Source of the DNA: Pelomyxa schiedti
Taxonomy: Eukaryota; Protista; Evosea
Reading direction: 5' to 3'
NCBI GenBank assembly: GCA_020536535.1
Contig: JAHLWZ010000607.1
Coordinates: 1 to 40,991 of the forward strand
DNA length: 40,991 bases
Shown here: positions 12,601 to 26,083 of the stretch, piece after piece
Numbering within the stretch: the first letter of the stretch is position 1
Layout: every line of letters begins with the position of its first letter
Notes under the pieces: generated by a model
What the model was told of the DNA's origin: nothing
The model's input: the letters and a program-made list of their open reading frames with translations, nothing else
Database searches by the model: none
Translations under genes and position numbers: made by a program

Positions 12601-13711
12601 GATCCTAGAATCAGTAAGTTATGTTCTGTGGTGCGGCGAAATTGTACAATTGGGTAGGAGCAGGTTTTTTCGAGAGCATGCCAGCAGCATCCAGCATCAG
12701 TGCAGGAAGTTTCATTGTGACTCCCCAAATCACTAGGATTGCATGTTACTCGCTTGGCAATGTCAACATTGCAATTTGTAATAGTTGCTGGTGTACGAGC
12801 CAGCCAGTTCCATTCAGAGTCTCCATCAAACTGAGCTGCATCAGTGTCATTAACTATTGCCCATCCATCACGACTGGCAACTCCAAGGGTGCAGTGAGTG
12901 TTGTGCAGTCCAACTTCACCAAGATCTGTTGAGGTTTACCTATCAATGAAGGAAAACGAATAACTAACTTGGACAGTAGAGTTCTCTTCCGCCATCTGTT
13001 TTATCAAGTGTACGTAAAGTTCCAAGCAGATTCCCAGTCGGTTCATCACCATAGTGGTATGTCACATTGGCTCCCCCAACATCATACACAGTCATCCAGA
13101 AATTAGAAGAAGAGAAAGCACTAATCTAAGCATTAGACAGTGTGATGAGTGAGAGGCTCTTCCGCACCCCATGTTGAGGTTATAATTTAATTCCAAGTAA
13201 GATGTTGTGACCCGCAACACACCCCCAGCAGTGGAGTAACTGAAGTCAGGTACTGGAAGCTTCCTTTATTGTTGTGGTTTCAATGTGGTGAGTGGCCAAC
13301 AAGTGGATAATTTCAAATAGACATAAATTGTGCACTAGGAGTAAGAACGAGCAGCTAAAAGAAAAGCAATTAAAAACTTTGGTTGACCTGTTCAAAACAG
13401 CAATGGTTTGAGCATCTACAAAGGAATTCTTCTTTGATGACCACTCAGCCCTGAGAAGCCTGTCAGTGAGAACAGTGATCCTCACAGTACCATCAGGACT
13501 AATAATAACAGCAGATGGGTCAGCCACAGGATCAGCATCCCACCCATAAACCATTCCTATTCCGAAATATTACATTTTCGTGTCAACACGCCCAACAGCC
13601 AAAAGCAAAAACGAAAAAAACAACTCCCACAATTGCTCCAAAAAAAACCGTGGCTATACCAATGACGACGAGACACAACAGCCACGATGTCATTGTCCCA
13701 ATCGTCGCCAT
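9605..13711 (-). CDS. Glycoside hydrolase family 31 (bacterial-type alpha-glucosidase/xylosidase-like, DUF5110-like C-terminus), signal peptide, internal trefoil domain; many exons
   Basis: Signal-like start MATIGTMTSWLLCLVVIG|MVYG; RITVLTDRLLRAEW; DIYLFGH..Y..A...SGPIPMIPRY; nucleophile motif GISYWWVDYQQG; RWGGIGNHRYPIGFSGD (acid/base Asp); HDLGG; C-terminal FTLYDDDG. Confidence 0.9.
12654..12773 (-). other. Trefoil (P-type) domain inside the GH31 gene
   Basis: Direct translation CNVDIAKRVTCNPSDLGSHNETSCTDAGCCWHALEKTCSY has six Cys, an R before Cys2, the GCCW motif and a final C-x-Y. Confidence 0.8.
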
Positions 13712-13942
13712 CACTCCCTCCCCTGTTGATATTTTTTCTTGTTCCGTGAAGAGTGATACGAAACCGAAAAAAAAAAAAAAAGGCAAAAAGCCGACAGTGT
13801 TGGTGACACCCTGAACAAAGAACCAAACAAACATCAATACCAAACAACAACCACCACGCAAAACTAACTAACGCGCGGGAAATAATAACTAACTGTGGCG
13901 TTGAAACAAATGGCAGAAGGGACAACCTGTTGATTGTGCATT

Positions 13943-14159
13943 ATGGGACGGATCACCAAATTGGCAATATCTATCGGATTCCTGGCAGGGGAGGGTAACT
14001 CCACCGAGTGGAATTCGACAACAAATTGGAACTCCCCCGGATGGGGAATGAAGTTCGTGGTTAGTCCCATAATCCCTTTCTATCAACTCTGTCGGAAGTT
14101 TATTTTCCTTCTTCTTCTTGCTTGTGTTCAATTTTTTTTCCCCTGTTGTCACTCTTGAG

Positions 14160-14197
<38 letters not shown>

Positions 14198-14562
14198 CCG
14201 ATTGAATGCGGACTTATTGGTTTTTAGGTTGATGAATGGGGAAATGTAAGTGGGGGCAATACAAATGAAGGACCTGGGCAACAAGTGCCGAAGACATATA
14301 CCGGCACATTCAGACAGAACCACATGGAAGTAACCAGCAACCATGGTGTACTCTATGTCGCCGATGTAATGGTAGCGCAATCAACACTCTTACTTTGTAA
14401 AGTATAAGGATTGGTGTTATTAACAATTAAAGTGCTAATAAATTCAAAAATAAAGCTAACAACAAAACACAGCCAGGAGAAATTGCTACAATTAAGTTGT
14501 CACATTCCACAGCTGGAAGCTCACTTGGCCGAGGACGCGTTACCATACAGCCTCTCTCCTAA
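13943..14562 (+). CDS. Hypothetical small protein (about 120 aa), 3 putative exons
   Basis: Two plausible phase-0 GT-AG introns give MGRITKLAISIGFLAGEG...WGMKFV|VDEWGNVSGG...HGVLYVADVM|PGEIATIKLSH...VTIQPLS*. No family recognised. Confidence 0.35.
14163..14194. repeat. (AT)16 microsatellite
   Basis: Directly visible; lies in a putative intron. Confidence 0.9.
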
Positions 14563-15480
14563 TCACAACAAACAACAATCCAATGAAAAAACCCAAAATA
14601 AAAGAACCCCACCTCCACTGTAACTCTCATCCCATTTGATTTGTTTCCAATCCTTTAGGCTGTCAACTTGTCAGAAATCCAATTTGCTTCAAAAACAAAA
14701 TTGATTGCGGTGCTCCTTTAACACTGTGGCAAAGGTACCTCGGTTAGAAATTTGGGCTACCCCAGGAATTCGAGCTATTCGTTAGATTTGACCCAGAATC
14801 CCTGGCTGAGCAAACCAGCGCTTTTTCCCACCAAATCCCAAGTGACGCGTTCCAGGCTTCCTCTATCAGAAGACCTGAAACACCCTCCGTAAATTAGAGA
14901 AGTAGTGTGTGGTGGTGAAGCCGCATAGTGCGGGAGTAGTAACTAAGACAATCCCCTTTTTCTCAGTGGTGTTATTGGTGTGGGTTTGCGGTTGTTTGCT
15001 CCCCGCTGTGCCTCTGAGAGATTCGGCTTTCAAGCTATCCCCGCACATCCCACTAAAATCCGCTTCCCCAGTTCTATAACTCTAACCGCCCCTCCGCGGC
15101 TCCCCGCCACAGTTCCAAAATGCATTCCAAAAGCGGAGTGAGTTGAAACAGAGAAGCACCGTTACTCATTTCTCAATTCATTTAGGTATGGTGCAAGAGG
15201 CGAACAACTTACAGTCACTTGGTTTTTTTTTTTTTTGGTGTATTTACGGCTGAGCTCTCACAAAGAAGGGTGAGTCAAATCTGGAAAGCATCCAGGGCCA
15301 GAAGGGAGGGCAGATGTCGCTGTAGTGGAAACCGGCCATTATCCAGCAACCACCGTTTCTAGTTGGGAGCAAAGTTAAAAGAAGGGGTAGGAAGAAGGAG
15401 AAAATAGAAACCGAAGGAACGGGAAACGCACGGGAAGAATGCTTTTGTGGCAGCAGTCAAGAACAAGTAAAACACTAACT

Positions 15481-15607
15481 GTTTCTTCATGAAAACATGA
15501 AGAACCGGAGGTTTCTTCATGAAAACATGAAGAACCGGAGGTTTCTTCATGAAAACATGAAGAACCGGAGGTTTCTTCATGAAAACATGAAGAACCGGAG
15601 GTTTCTT
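15481..15607. repeat. 30-bp tandem repeat, 4 perfect copies plus a partial; each unit contains an inverted repeat
   Basis: Unit GTTTCTTCATGAAAACATGAAGAACCGGAG; TTCTTCATG-AAAA-CATGAAGAA is a perfect 9-bp stem with a 4-nt loop. No spacers. Confidence 0.95.
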
Positions 15608-17128
15608 ACATATCTGGACCAGCCGAAATCGATCCACCACAACCTTTGGCTTAAGTTAGCTATTTCATTTCAGGAACGGTGTGACAAACTCGAATAAGTT
15701 GAATGTAAATTGTTCGGCATAGCTCACAGCTGCAAGCCAGCGGCATAGATAGACGGAAGCAAGACTCATAAGCTACAAGATACTGAGTACATTTATGGCC
15801 AATGAAGTTACCTTAAACAAGTACCACTTTAGTAAGGCATGGTTCCTGTTGGTAGAATGAGTTTCAAGACATAATCACAGAAAGCATACTCAAAAGAGAT
15901 CCACGTCTTGTGGCACTCAAACTTGGTAAGTTAAGTACCAAGTACTTCCCAAACCATCCTAATAATACAAATTACAAATGCATTTGCAATACACGCCGAG
16001 GCACTGTTGAGAAGATCACGGTATGTATTTTTTGGTACATCAAAATCAGAATCAAGAGGGAATGGCCGAGAACCCGCAATGCTTTCTTTTCTTTCTTTTC
16101 TTTGTATTGCATTGGCCCGTCGTTATAATTGCTCAATATACTGTTGGGCCTGTTGTAACTAACCAATGTTGGAGGCTGACTATGGCTTCTAGTGGTCATG
16201 GAGGTAGCTCAGACCACCCTGCCGCCGATTTCTCTGATTCATCCAGGAGTATAGCCACCTTGAAACGCGGTGCATCGAAGTCACACGAAATGTCCCAAAA
16301 TGTTTCCCGTGCACTTTCATGGAGGCCGTGAAAAGCAAGTGCCAAAGAGCCATTTCCTCCCTCTACGTGAAGTCCATTAAGAAATAGTCCAATCATTGGT
16401 GACCCCACATTGACACCTGAAGTTGTTCCTGTGTGGTAACTGCTGCACTTGATGCACTTGTGATACTTGAAGATACTGCCGCGTTCTCAGGCTCCTCTGG
16501 TACTGCGGCTGAAACATGAGTTGATGTGCCAGGAGGTTCCGCAGTGAGTGGCAAAGTCGGAGCGGAGCGGTGTCGAGAGGCACATGAGTGTGAGTCGAAC
16601 CCAGTCACAAGGAGCAAGGAGCCCCTTTGGTAAGGACAGTCATCAGAGTGGTATGGGCAGCCATCACGAGTGGCGCCATTGGACCGGCGCGGGAATATGT
16701 CTAGCTACGCAGGGTGCGAACGGGAAACAGAGCAGACTTAAAAGATCCGGCGGAGCCAACTAGAGTGTTTTTTTGGCCTTAGTTCCCCTGTGTCCACAGA
16801 GGCAATGTGGTCTGGTTTCCTTCGTAGCAGATACCGTACGTAGCTCTATGTGCCGATTTTGTTTGCACAGAATGCAGATCAAAATGGTGGTTTTTTCCCC
16901 CAGTGCCATGTGCCTGGCAAACTGGCGCGTTGAGGAATGGCAAGTGCGAGGGGCAGCATGACGTTAAGTTAATCCCCAGAACTACCTAAATGGAACCTTC
17001 TAAGTCACGGATTCCATCACTGCTTTTTCGAAGGAAAAGGGCCCTTCTGACCCACCCACTCGACGAAAAAAAATTAAAAAACCTTGTTGTGTGTTCGTCA
17101 AAGCACCGCGACGACTCACGCGCCGTGA

Positions 17129-20339
<3,211 letters not shown>

Positions 20340-20403
20340 TTACATTGCTCTCCTTACAACCACTCCAATGGTGTTGGGTGCTACTAAGCTAGTCACAACA
20401 CTG

Positions 20404-22829
20404 TTATGTACAAAGAAATCCCAAAAAATTCATAAGAGGAGAAAATCCCGTTTGTTTTAAATAATTTTCTTCTGGATAGACGGAGCTCCTTCTGCTCGTT
20501 TTGTTTTTGTAGATAACAATAACCATTAGACACCGAGCCTTACAATACTTGTCACTGCCATAGCTGCTGCTGCTGCTTGTGGGGAAATAATGTTCCATTT
20601 CAACTTGATAGCTTCCAGGGCTAGTATCCAGTGTTAGGAAATGTGAGGGTAGGAGTTTCAAGAAACCTGTTGGGTGTCCTTCATCGGCAAGCCTTTTTAT
20701 CATGCCAAAGCATTCAAATGCGCCAGCATCACGCACAGAATTGTGATTGAGGTTTAACAACTTCAATGTGTTGTTGACTGTGATGATTTTGGTCAGTGCG
20801 ATCATACTCTCGTCGCCGAGGTAGTTGCCCCGGAGGTTAAGGGAGGTAATTGTGCTGTTTAATCTTAGCATTGCTGCTGCTTCAATTCCGGTTGGATCTC
20901 CAAGACTGTTCCCTCTTAGAATGAGTGTTTTTACACTTGTGTTTGTTGCCATAGCCTTCAATATTCCAACTGCTCCTTCATCTTCATCCAAACTGTTAGG
21001 ATAAAGGATTGAAGGTTGACAACACACCGCCAATAGAATTATACCGTAAATCAATGTGTTGAAGAGTTCTATTGCTGTATAAGGCTCTTCCAAAAGAAAG
21101 AGCGCCAATAGTTCCAATTTCATTAAAACTGCTTTGTGTCAAAGAGACTAAACCAAAAAAAAAAGTTGCCTTAAATCAATAGATCGATACAATGTATCAC
21201 AGAGTAGTGACTCGGCAACCTCGATAGTTCCAGAGTCACCTTTAAATGTGAAGCAACGTAAATTGACCACATATGTTACCTATTCCTTGGTCTCCAAGTA
21301 CTAAACTTGTGCCTGGGAGGCATTTGCATATCAGTGGAGGAAGGTCTAGTGGAGAAAAATCAAAACAAAGAAACCACTATCAGCAATTACCAGGATGTGC
21401 CGTCTTGGCTACGAGCAACTGAAGTCGAAGAGCAGATTCCTTCAACATAAGTTATTAAAGACATAATTACAGTTAGATTACGGCGCTGACATAATAAAAG
21501 TCAAGTATCTTGTTATAATAACAATAAATTTACTCTCTGTCTGGACTGCTCTAGTTCGTTTGACAGGACCTCTGCTCTTTGCTCAGCCGGCAATTGCATT
21601 AATGCCTTTTGCTCCTGGTACCACAGTGGACCTGAGAGGCACGAGTATGGATCCTTCGTCAGTGGAGACCACTTTACTGCTACTGGAAGCCGGCGCTCTT
21701 TAGCCGGCGCAGATGACGGATTTGGTGATACATGTTTTTTTAGTAGTTGTGACTTGTGGCGGGAGACAAGCACGTCTTGGGAGTCCCCAGTTGGGGTAGT
21801 GGGTGGAGGAGGTGTTGTAGCAGTAGCGGATCGAGAATTAGTTGCTGGTAATACAGGGAGAGAAACTTGTCGAGAAAAGTGTGAACTGTGTGTCTTTCGG
21901 GGTGCAGTTGGTGTCTGTTGCTGTTGTTGCTGTTGTTGCTGCTGTTGCTGTTGTGTTTGCTGTGGCTGTTGGTGTTGGTGGTGTTGTGATTCGTGGTGGT
22001 GGGATTGGTGATATTTATCATATGTTTTTTTTATCATGACAACGGGACTTTGCCTAGCGAGAGGCTTTTGTATTTGTACAGGCGGGGGTATATCGTACAC
22101 ACGAGGGTGTGAGGTGGCCGACGCGCACGAGAGCGCAGGCACCGGCTCGGACACGAAGGCAGGATGCCTGCTCGTCAGCGGCGCAAGTGTGGGCGTCGGC
22201 GCTGATGGATTAGACGCCAGCAAGGTGGGCGACATTGCCTTATGGGACTGCGACGAAGAAGAGGAAGGGGAAGAAGAAGAAGAAGAAGAAGAAGAAGAAG
22301 AAGAAGAACCGGAAGCGGAAGGCGGGGAAGCTGTCTTGCCACCAAGGGTGGTGCCACTGGCCACATTCGAACTCACGGAAGATCTCTGCGCAGGAGAAAC
22401 ACTCACGCTAGTGCTGCTGCTGATACTGATGCTGGTGCTGGTGCTGCTGGTGGTTGTTGTTGTGGTGGGTGCAGCAGTAGATGCCGGGGTCAGTGTCCCT
22501 GAAGGCGTAGGGGTAGTAATTGCCCACGCAATTGGCGGCGATATTTGACATGTGCTGCTACTGCTACTACTGCTACAGCTACAGCTGCTGCCTGGGCTCG
22601 CGCTCGACCCGGACTCGAGGGACTGTACGTGGGCGCCGCACGACGCGAGGTTCGGAACCGGCGGCGAAGTCGTGGGGGCGGGCAGCAGCATCGCGGGCGC
22701 CGAGTGCGCCGTGGTGTCGCGCTGGTGGACCGACGACGACGCCGGCGCGGCGCTGGCGCCGCTCTTGGCCGCTGCGTTTGTAGCGTGTCCGGGGACCACT
22801 CCCCTGCCGCCGTCGCTGGTACCAGACAT
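20404..22829 (-). CDS. RNI-like (NLRC3-type) leucine-rich-repeat protein with long Ser/Thr/Gln-rich disordered N-terminus
   Basis: The large first exon 22829-about 21540 splices to RRNLTVIMSL..., then repeats NEIGTIGALSFGRAL...LQHIDLRYNSIGDEGA, TLILRGNSLGD, TSLNLRGNYLGDES and LLNLNHNSVRDAGA. 3' end approximate. Confidence 0.75.
21916..21975 (-). repeat. CAG/CAA-rich coding repeat (polyQ/His tract)
   Basis: Encodes QHQQPQQTQQQQQQQQQQQQQ in the LRR gene. Confidence 0.85.
22270..22308. repeat. (GAA)13 coding microsatellite (poly-Ser on the minus strand)
   Basis: Directly visible. Confidence 0.9.
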
Positions 22830-23164
22830 GGTGGCTCTTCAACCAAATTGGAAATTGCGAACATTTCCGGGAACAAGTTTCAAAAGTTTTGGAGCGCAGG
22901 TACGGAACAGCAACTTACGTTCCCACGGTGCGAAAAAAAAAATGTACTCAGAGGTGGCCAGCGATAGCTCATGGGCCGAAATTAACTTGACTGAAAAGTT
23001 TAAGTAATTTCCCTGAGCCCAAAGAACTGGATGCTGGCAACCAGTGCATGTTTTCCATTCAACAAGATTCCTCAGGATTTGCTCCTTTTTTCCCCATTTC
23101 CGCTCTGCCCGAACGGACTTATGGCCAGAATGTGCCAAAGAGTGAAACGAAAGCAAGGTTTATG

Positions 23165-25719
23165 TTAAAGTAGTACTGTGCCGTAAACCTCAAACCCAGC
23201 AATTGAGAGTGCATTGTTGTTACCTCCATTGGGTCCAGTCTGAGTGACCTTGAACATAGAAAACGCATGCTGCTCCACATGCAATGCCCAGTGGCTCAAC
23301 GAGTTCGGTTGCAATGAAGTGTCATTGTTGTGAGTAGACAGCACTATCCACGTTTTGCCGTTCACGCTTCCAGATAGTTCCCAGCTCCGCATGACTTTGT
23401 TGGAGCTGGAGCCGCACACCAGGCTGTAATGCGTAGGCATGACAAATATGCTCCGCAAGTCAACCATCCAATAAGCATTCTGGCTATGCCCGGTGTGATT
23501 TCTGCCTCGGAAGTTGTGGTCGAGAACCGCGAGTGGTCCTTTGCTTCTCGAGTGAGTTGGGTACCAGCCGGTATGCACAAGGCTCGCGATGTTGCTTACA
23601 GAAAACGTGGGTGAGGTTCCCTTGGCTGTGCCTATCCAGTATATTACACCATTGGTATCCCCCGGAGTTATAAAGACAAATTCTGTTTGGGAATTAGTGA
23701 GTTGTAGTTATGTGGTTTGCGAGTAATTTTATTCCAAAACAACCACCACAAAAGTAGAAAAAACCTCTTCCGCGGGGAGTTTCAAACGAGACTGTTTCTG
23801 AACATGTGCCATGTGCAATATCATTCACTGCTCTAATGTTGAAGGAATGCGTGGTGCCACCCTGAAGTCCCAACAGGGTAAACTGTGTCTTTCGGCCAGA
23901 AAATATTTCCTGGATAAAGTTAGTTAGAGAAATGGTGATTAATTTGTCTAGCTTTAAAGTCTGCAGAGCCAGAGGGAGCGTGAGACAAGATATACCGTGT
24001 AATGCGAGATCGTGGATTTGGTGAGTGTTGCTTTTCCCATCTAAGGGTAAGGCTATTTGGAGTTGCTTTAACGAGTTCAGGAGGTGGCATTGGAGCAGGC
24101 CGAGCTGAAGGGCTGCATATCAAAATTGTTATTTAGGTATTGGGCACAAACCTCCAGCAACGACATTGCCAAAATTGTGAATCTCACTTTCAACCTTGCT
24201 ACAGTCACAGTCTACAAATGTAGAACCGTCAGAAGCCAGATCCAGTAAAGATTTATTCCATGACTGTGAGGATGTAAGTGCAAATTTAACTTAGAAATAT
24301 ACCTTCATTGAAGAGGAAAAAGCTTGCGCAACACTGAGTGAAGAGGTCCCAGGCTTTCTTTGTAGAGCCTTTAAATCACTTACTCGTTGGCTTAAAACTT
24401 CGAGAGCACTCTTCTGACTCGAGAGAGCAGACACTTTTTTGAATTAGTCACCTCTTGTCAAAGAAGTACTCATACAGTGCATATTTCTCACATCCTGTGA
24501 TGCAGAAATCAGTTGGTCACGGCGTTCAAGTAATAAATTCTGAAGTCTGACTGTTGCACTTGCTACACCAGTTTCGAAGTCATCATGAATCTGTGGCATT
24601 GCATATGAAAATTTGAAAATTAGGGTAGCGCATACTTTATTAACATTAGTGATAGTATCATTTATTGACTTCAGAGCAGAGGTGATTTGGTCAGTCTTTT
24701 TGTTAAGAGTTCCTTGCAACATGTCGGGGATATGGGAAAATTCATCGTCTTCTGTAGAAATCACATCATGCCCCTGAAAAGGAGTTAGTGGGATTCAGTC
24801 CATCTTCATTACGACCTTATGTTCGACTTCACATGATCTGCAAAGCAGAAGGTTGTCATCTTTACAAAATGTATCCATTTTTTTGGCGTGTGTTGGACAC
24901 ATTACTGGTTTGAGGGGAAATAAGTGATGCACTATTTTAGTGGTTGAGTACTGCTAGCTGGGAGCTCTCCGAAGTCAGAACTGCCACATTTCAGCTTTTT
25001 GTGTAGGGCCTTCTGGATAGTGAGTGGATGTACTTTATCCCAACAGCTTTCACAGACAGTGCAAAAGCAATGGCTGCAATCTAAGTACACTGAATAAAAT
25101 TTGTGTGCCAGGAAGAAAAGAACCAAAAAGAGCCCGGAGATTAGAATTTCCGCATGAAACACAGACTCTGTGCACAGCTAAGAAACAATCATTCCATCAG
25201 AATAAATATCCTCTCAGAGTATACCTCTGGCCGGTAAAGCACTCATCAACGCAGTATTCTGCTCCAAGCACTCTCTCAAATTGACACCTGCAGGTATAGC
25301 AGTTGCAGAAGGGCAAACGGCACATGAAACGATCAGAATCCCACAATTCGATGCGGCGCTTGACCTCAACAGCACACAAGAGGCTGCAGTGCCGCAAGGC
25401 GTGCTACTCGTAGACAGCGCGCGCGACGTTGCAGTGGCGGAACCGCAAGCACTGCTGCTTGTAATTGTGGGTGTTCCTGACGCAACAAATCCATCCGCTA
25501 TATAACTCAATGTCTGATATGCAATCGATAATTCTACACACGGCTGGCACAAATTGTGTCCACACTGAATTGGTCTCAGTTGGAAAATGAAAGTGGTAAA
25601 AAAGCAAATCAAAACAAAAAGCAACTGCTATGGTTCGTGTCTACACCAACCTTTAGAACGAGGGGAACACGACCCTCGGAATCGAAGTTGTGGGAACAAC
25701 CGTAACACCTAACGTCCAT
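23165..25719 (-). CDS. TRIM-like E3 ligase: RING, B-box-like fingers, coiled coil, FN3, HECTD1-type galactose-binding-like domain
   Basis: MDVRCYGCSHNFDSEGRVPLVL..CGHNLCQPC...CAVC (RING with a long insert); C.HC.C.VCESCWDKVH and CPTHAKKMDTFCKDDNLLLCRSC...H (B-boxes); coiled coil; PPELVKATPNSLTLRW...YIL...EIFSG...GLQGGTTHSFNIRAVN..G..SE.VSF.T (FN3); DTNGVIYWIGT...PTHYSL...MRSWELSGSVNGKTWIVLSTHNNDTSL...TGPN...LSIAGFEVYG. Confidence 0.8.
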
Positions 25720-26083
25720 CCGAAAAAAAATCAGAATCACGTTCGTTCGGGTTCTGAGATTGCCTGTTTCAGCTGGGCGCAGTCTACCCACTGCTTGATT
25801 CTCTGACGTCGAGCACTCCCTAAGGCTCCTCACCGTGAGCCAGAGACTGGGGAGGAGTTTTGAATCTAGTTGATGACAGTTGCAAGTCGGCGGAAATTAG
25901 ATTAATTAATTACCCTGCTCAACGAGATGAAGCCGCGAGGTGCATCCCAACACCATAAGTCTCATCAATACTGCTCTATGAACCCACGCCCCTTCCTCCG
26001 TTTTTTCTATCGTACCGTGTTTGTTGCATTACGACTAATCAACTACTCACTGCGCAGTCCGATTATCGTCCAAGAAGGCAAAG

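Noticed and set aside
15481-15607. CRISPR-like array (30-bp palindromic repeats)
   Set aside because: Repeats are directly adjacent with no spacers, there are no cas genes, and the context is eukaryotic and intron-rich.
15672-15790. Possible TAA/TAG read-through (alternative genetic code) in ERCDKLE*VECKLF...PAA*IDGSK
   Set aside because: Well-supported genes here end in TAA, TAG and TGA and have no internal stops after splicing. The fragment is more likely noncoding or another frame.
21740-23007. Many overlapping antisense or alternate-frame ORFs (poly-Cys, poly-Glu, poly-Arg); similar ones at 3460-4975, 17000-17409 and 39036-39883
   Set aside because: They are shadows of GC-rich, low-complexity coding exons and trinucleotide repeats, with no independent motifs.
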